Below, piece after piece: positions 59,880 to 64,000 of a DNA stretch of 64,000 nucleotides (position 1 is the first letter of the stretch; every line of letters begins with the position of its first letter). Source of the stretch: an uncultured Chloroflexia bacterium (GTDB taxonomy: Bacteria > Chloroflexota > Limnocylindria > Limnocylindrales > CSP1-4). The notes under the pieces were generated by a model. The model made no database searches and was not told where the DNA came from. It saw only the letters and a program-made list of their open reading frames with translations. The position numbers and the translations under genes were made by a program. The stretch covers positions 320,001 to 384,000 of the forward strand of contig CAVQJC010000006.1 of NCBI GenBank assembly GCA_963712745.1. The letters run 5' to 3'.

Positions 59880-60809
59880 ATGCCGTCGATCGCCCGGCCC
59901 CTGCCCCTGACCATCGTGACGCTCGGCATATCGTCACTCGCTCTGCTCATCAGCCTCGTAGTCGGTGCGGACCCCCTCAGCCTCGTCGTCGGCGCGGCGA
60001 CCGTGGCCGTTGCCTTTGCCCTGGTGGTCGTGATCTGGTTCGTGCCCGCCCAGCGGGCTGCTCGTCGCCGCCGACGTCGAGACCTCCGCGAGGCCAGGCG
60101 CGCGCGCCGTCGTGAGCGCCAGGCGGCTGTCCGTCGCGCTGCCAAGCAGGAGCGCGTCACCCGGCGCCTGGTGGGGCGCAGTGAGCGCCACCTCCTCGTG
60201 CAGCTGGAGTCTCGCGACTGGCTGTCCCGCGAGCTCGGTCTGCCCAGACCGCTGCCACCCACGCGCGCCTATGCCGCCAGCCCGGACCTTCTCGCCGAGC
60301 TGGTCGGGGCCATCGACCGCTTCGCGCCCGACACTGTCGTGGAACTCGGCGCCGGGCTATCCACCGTGGTCCTGGCCCGCCGGCTGCAGCAATCCGGCCG
60401 CGGCCATCTGGTCACGCTCGAGCACTTGCCTGAGTACGCGGCGCGGTCCAGGGAGGAGCTCGAGGCGTACGGGGTGAGCGGCAGTGTGAGCGTCCTCGAC
60501 GCACCGCTGGTGGATACACCCGTAGGTCCCGAGACCTGGCCCTGGTACGAGCTCGGGCCAGGTGTCCCCGAGCGCATCGACATGCTCGTCGTCGACGGCC
60601 CGCCGGGCAGGATACGGCCGCAGGCCCGCTATCCCGCCATGCCCGTGCTGCGGGACCGGCTCAGCCCCGGCGCGCGCGTGTTCGTGGACGACGGGGACCG
60701 GCCTGATGAGCGTTTGATCGTCGACCGCTGGCTGGCCGAGATCGATGGTCTCGAGGCCGAGCGGCTGTCCATCGCCCAGGGTGCCTGGATGCTGACCATG
60801 CCGCGATGA
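59880..60809 (+). CDS. membrane-anchored class I SAM methyltransferase (Methyltransf_24-like)
   Basis: Two N-terminal TM helices, Arg-rich linker, VVELGAGLST, LEH, IDMLVVDGPP, VDD. Confidence 0.82.
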   Translation: MPSIARPLPLTIVTLGISSLALLISLVVGADPLSLVVGAATVAVAFALVVVIWFVPAQRAARRRRRRDLREARRARRRERQAAVRRAAKQERVTRRLVGRSERHLLVQLESRDWLSRELGLPRPLPPTRAYAASPDLLAELVGAIDRFAPDTVVELGAGLSTVVLARRLQQSGRGHLVTLEHLPEYAARSREELEAYGVSGSVSVLDAPLVDTPVGPETWPWYELGPGVPERIDMLVVDGPPGRIRPQARYPAMPVLRDRLSPGARVFVDDGDRPDERLIVDRWLAEIDGLEAERLSIAQGAWMLTMPR

Positions 60810-60867
60810 CCGCCGCCCGCCATGGTCTTGTCGGAGTGCCCGGGCCCTGACTGCCACCGCTGAGCCC

Positions 60868-62478
60868 ATGGGCCGGACCTCGCGCGCGGTGATGCTGGCC
60901 GCGCTGTGCCTGGGTGTGCTGCTCGTGGGCATCGAGTTGTTCATCACCGCGGTCGCGCTGCCGGACATCTTCTTCGACCTTTCGGGCTGGGACGAGCTGC
61001 GGCGGGCTTCGTGGATCATCACCGCCTACCTGGTGGCCTACATCGCCGCCATGCCCCTGGCCGGACGTGCTGCGGACCGCTTTGGATTACCGCGCCTGAT
61101 GATGCTGAGCCTGCTGCTGTTCGCGGCCGGCTCGTTCATCTGCGGCGCCGCCCAAGACCTGGAGATGCTGGTCTTCGGACGCGTGGTGCAGGGCGCCGGC
61201 GCAGGCGCCATCCTGCCCGTGGCCACGGCCGGCGCCAGCCACCTCTACAGCGGCCATCTCCGCTCCCGTGCGCTCGGCTTCATCGGCGCCGCCACCTTCC
61301 TGGGCATGGCCATCGGGCCCCTGCTGGGCGCGCTCATCCTCGAGCACCTGCAGCTGCGCGACGCGCTCGCCTCGATCGACATCTGGGGCGGCAGCGCGGT
61401 CGACTACCTCGTGCCGGCCTGGCGCTGGGTCTTCTACATCACCGTACCGCTGGCGCTGCTGGCGGCCCTCTACGTCTGGGCCGCTTCCCCGGACTGGGAC
61501 GTGGCCCCGGGCAGCTCGCGCATGGACGCGGTCGGCGCGGTCCTCTCCAGCATCGCCCTCACCAGTGCCCTGCTGGCCATCACGCTCATCGGCGATGAGC
61601 CAGGCGACCTGCCGGTCATCCCGGTGGCCACGGTCGTGGCCATCGTCGCCGGCGTGCTCGCGGTCGTGCGCATGCTGCGTGTACCTGAGCCCTTCCTCGA
61701 CCTGCGCCTGTTCACCAACCGCGTCTTCAGCGGGGCGGTGCTGGTAAGCCTGCTCACCGGCTACGCCCTGGCCACGGCCATCGTGGGCATGGCTGCGTTC
61801 ATCGACCGGGTCCGTTTCGCGGGCCCCGACGAACAGGGCCTGGTGCTGGGGCCGATGGCTCTGTTCATGGCCATCGGCGCCTTCGCCTCGGGCTTCATGA
61901 TGCGGCGCTTCAACGCCACCGCCGTGACCCTGGTCGGCCTGGCCGCGAGCGTGGTCGGCCTGGTCTGGCTCTCGACCACGCGCATCGATACCGAGCTGTA
62001 CGTGCCGGTGGGGGCCATGTCCGTCTTCGGCATCGGCTTCGGGCTCACCGTCACTCCGCGCTCGATGGCGGCCGTGGAGGCGGCCGGCCGCGCCGCCTTC
62101 GGAGCTGCCAGTGCCGCGGTCACGGTCGCGCGTATGGCCGGCATGGCCGTCGGCATGGCCGTGCTCACGGCCTTCGGCACGACCCGTATCGACCAGGTGA
62201 CCGTGGCCCTCGAGGACCAGACCTACCGCGACTCCATCCTGCCGCCGGAGCTGGTAGGCCAGCCGCTGAGCGACCCCCTCGTGCTCGACGCCATCGAGCT
62301 CTGGGCCTCATCAGAGGCGGCGGAGGTGCTGGGCTCGCTGTTCATCGTGGCCGCCATCATCCTGGTCATCGCCGCGGTTCCGGCCTGGCTCATGCGCGAG
62401 GGGCGGGGTGACCAGGCGGGCGACGTCGCGACGGTCCAGGCGGCGGCAGACGACGAGGAGATCGTCGCTGGCTTCTGA
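60868..62478 (+). CDS. 14-TM-type MFS transporter, Rv1410c/P55-like
   Basis: YIAAMPLAGRAADRFG, GRVVQGAG, WRWVFYI, ASAAVTVARMAGM. Confidence 0.85.
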   Translation: MGRTSRAVMLAALCLGVLLVGIELFITAVALPDIFFDLSGWDELRRASWIITAYLVAYIAAMPLAGRAADRFGLPRLMMLSLLLFAAGSFICGAAQDLEMLVFGRVVQGAGAGAILPVATAGASHLYSGHLRSRALGFIGAATFLGMAIGPLLGALILEHLQLRDALASIDIWGGSAVDYLVPAWRWVFYITVPLALLAALYVWAASPDWDVAPGSSRMDAVGAVLSSIALTSALLAITLIGDEPGDLPVIPVATVVAIVAGVLAVVRMLRVPEPFLDLRLFTNRVFSGAVLVSLLTGYALATAIVGMAAFIDRVRFAGPDEQGLVLGPMALFMAIGAFASGFMMRRFNATAVTLVGLAASVVGLVWLSTTRIDTELYVPVGAMSVFGIGFGLTVTPRSMAAVEAAGRAAFGAASAAVTVARMAGMAVGMAVLTAFGTTRIDQVTVALEDQTYRDSILPPELVGQPLSDPLVLDAIELWASSEAAEVLGSLFIVAAIILVIAAVPAWLMREGRGDQAGDVATVQAAADDEEIVAGF

Positions 62479-62488
62479 CGACCTGGCT

Positions 62489-63346
62489 GTGCCCCTCGCC
62501 GGCGGCGTGGCGGTGTCTTCCGCCGCCGAGGCCATGACGCGTGCGCGCCCGCTGCTCCGCGGACGGCTGTTGCTGGCCTGCGACTTCGACGGCACCATTT
62601 CCCGGCTCGGGCTCGACCCCTGGCGAGCGGCCGTCATCCCGAGCGCCCAGCGGGCACTGCGCCAGCTGGCCGGCTCACCGCGCACTCACGTCGCTCTCAT
62701 CTCCGGTCGCTCCGTGCCCGACCTGGCCGGACGCGTGCGGGTCGGTGGCGCGAGCTATCACGGCGATCATGGGGCCGAGCGAGCGCGCACCGTCCGTGGC
62801 TTCCGCCCGGCGCACATCCGGGTCGAGCGGGAGCCGGCCGACCCCGCGGTCACGGCCATGGCCGAGCGCCTGAAGACGGGCGTGCCACCGATGGTTGCCG
62901 AACCCTGGCTGGTGCTCGAAGACAAAGGCCCCGCGCTGACCTTCCACTTCCGCGGCGCCCCCGACACCGACGCGGCTCGGCGCCGGGTGCGCGCGGCCGT
63001 GGACGCTATCGACACCGACGGTCTGCTCGATCAGCCCGGCGGGCGCCGCGCCTGGGAGCTGAGACCTCCCGGCGCCACCACCAAGGGCATGACCCTGGAG
63101 CGGCTCATGGGGGAGTATCGTCCCGACACGGTGCTCATGCTGGGCGACGATCGCAACGACGCGCTGGCCTTCGACGCGCTGCGGGCGGCTCGCGACGACG
63201 GCCGGGTGCAAGGTCTGGCCATCGCCGTCGTCAGCCCGGCCGCCGATGCCACCGAGATCGCACCCCGCGCCGACCTCGTCTTTCCCGGATCGAGCGTGGC
63301 CGCGCGCTTCCTGGGGTTGCTGGCGCGCGCACGCGCCGACGCTTGA
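62489..63346 (+). CDS. otsB: trehalose-6-phosphate phosphatase-like HAD IIB enzyme (start uncertain)
   Basis: CDFDGTIS, ISGR, GDHGAE, EDKG, HFR, ELRP...KG, GDDRND. Confidence 0.82.
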   Translation: MPLAGGVAVSSAAEAMTRARPLLRGRLLLACDFDGTISRLGLDPWRAAVIPSAQRALRQLAGSPRTHVALISGRSVPDLAGRVRVGGASYHGDHGAERARTVRGFRPAHIRVEREPADPAVTAMAERLKTGVPPMVAEPWLVLEDKGPALTFHFRGAPDTDAARRRVRAAVDAIDTDGLLDQPGGRRAWELRPPGATTKGMTLERLMGEYRPDTVLMLGDDRNDALAFDALRAARDDGRVQGLAIAVVSPAADATEIAPRADLVFPGSSVAARFLGLLARARADA

Positions 63347-63431
63347 GATACGGCGTCCCGCGCCCCTTGCCAGCGTCATCTCGGCGGCCGATGATATCGG
63401 ACCGAGCTGCACCCGCCAGGAGGTCACACTC

Positions 63432-64000
63432 GTGCGTTCCCGTCATCGCCTCGTGCTCGCTGGAGCCGCCTCCGCAGCACTCCTTGCCATGTCCCTGGTG
63501 GGCCCGGTCGTGGCCCAGACCGAGCCCGCAGCCGAGTGCTCATCACAGAACGCCGACGGCCGATGTGAACGCGTCGAAGACTGGCGCGCCCGCCGAGCCG
63601 AGCTGCGCGACACGCTCAAGTCGACGCGCGCCGAATGGAAGGCATTCGCTGCCGAGTACAAGGCAGAGCGGCGTGGGGCACGCGAGGAGCTCCGAGACCT
63701 GCGCCGCGCCGCCATGGCTGAACGAAAGACCGACCGAGCAGAGCTGCGAGCCCAGCGGCGAGCCGAACGAAAGACCGACCGAGCAGAGCAGCGCGCGCAA
63801 CGCCGATCAGCGCGTCAGTCAGCGCTCCCCGCCGCCATCGACGACCGCTTTGGCGGGAGCGCCAGCGCTGACGGGAGCGGCGTGGTCCGTGCGGGGCTGG
63901 GCCTGGCCGAGCCTGGCTCGGCACCCGGCGAACAGCTGGGTCTGTGGCACTACACCATCGCCGCCGGGGCCGAGCTGGCGCCACATACGCACCCCGGCTG
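63432..64000 (+). CDS. secreted protein: signal peptide, charged coiled-coil, cupin domain (partial)
   Basis: AGGAGG RBS; VRSRHRLVLAGAASAALLAMSLVGPVVAQ; AERKTDRAE repeats; ends YTIAAGAELAPHTHPG at the window edge. Confidence 0.7.
   Translation, partial: MRSRHRLVLAGAASAALLAMSLVGPVVAQTEPAAECSSQNADGRCERVEDWRARRAELRDTLKSTRAEWKAFAAEYKAERRGAREELRDLRRAAMAERKTDRAELRAQRRAERKTDRAEQRAQRRSARQSALPAAIDDRFGGSASADGSGVVRAGLGLAEPGSAPGEQLGLWHYTIAAGAELAPHTHPG

Overview
A very GC-rich bacterial chromosome segment spanning the replication-origin region. The DnaA N-terminus and gene order suggest Chloroflexota, possibly Limnocylindria; this is an inference, not a database result. The left part holds housekeeping genes: glyA, tsaC, prmC, prfA, DUF1385, rpmE/rpmA/rplU and mreD-mrdA-rodA. 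An ~820-bp intergenic region with parS sites and two perfect DnaA boxes follows, then parA-parB-gyrB-[AlkD-like]-gyrA-prs, secA, a small Cys-rich ORF, prfB with its programmed +1 frameshift, ftsEX-ctpA, smpB and tmRNA. The middle holds jag-yidC(frameshifted)-yidD-rnpA-rpmH, csaA, dnaA-oriC-dnaN-recF-dciA. The right ~19 kb (44.5-63.3 kb) is the most interesting part: a glycolipid/glycosylation locus resembling the mycobacterial phosphatidylinositol-mannoside (PIM) pathway. It carries an ArsR-headed pgsA-ino1-patA-patA-PHP-pimA operon, several GT-C transferases including a 1684-aa double GT-C with a ~390-aa inserted domain, a GT2, a membrane-anchored methyltransferase, an Rv1410c/P55-like MFS transporter and an OtsB-like phosphatase. 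No CRISPR array, tRNA, rRNA or mobile element was seen. All family assignments come from motif recognition by eye.
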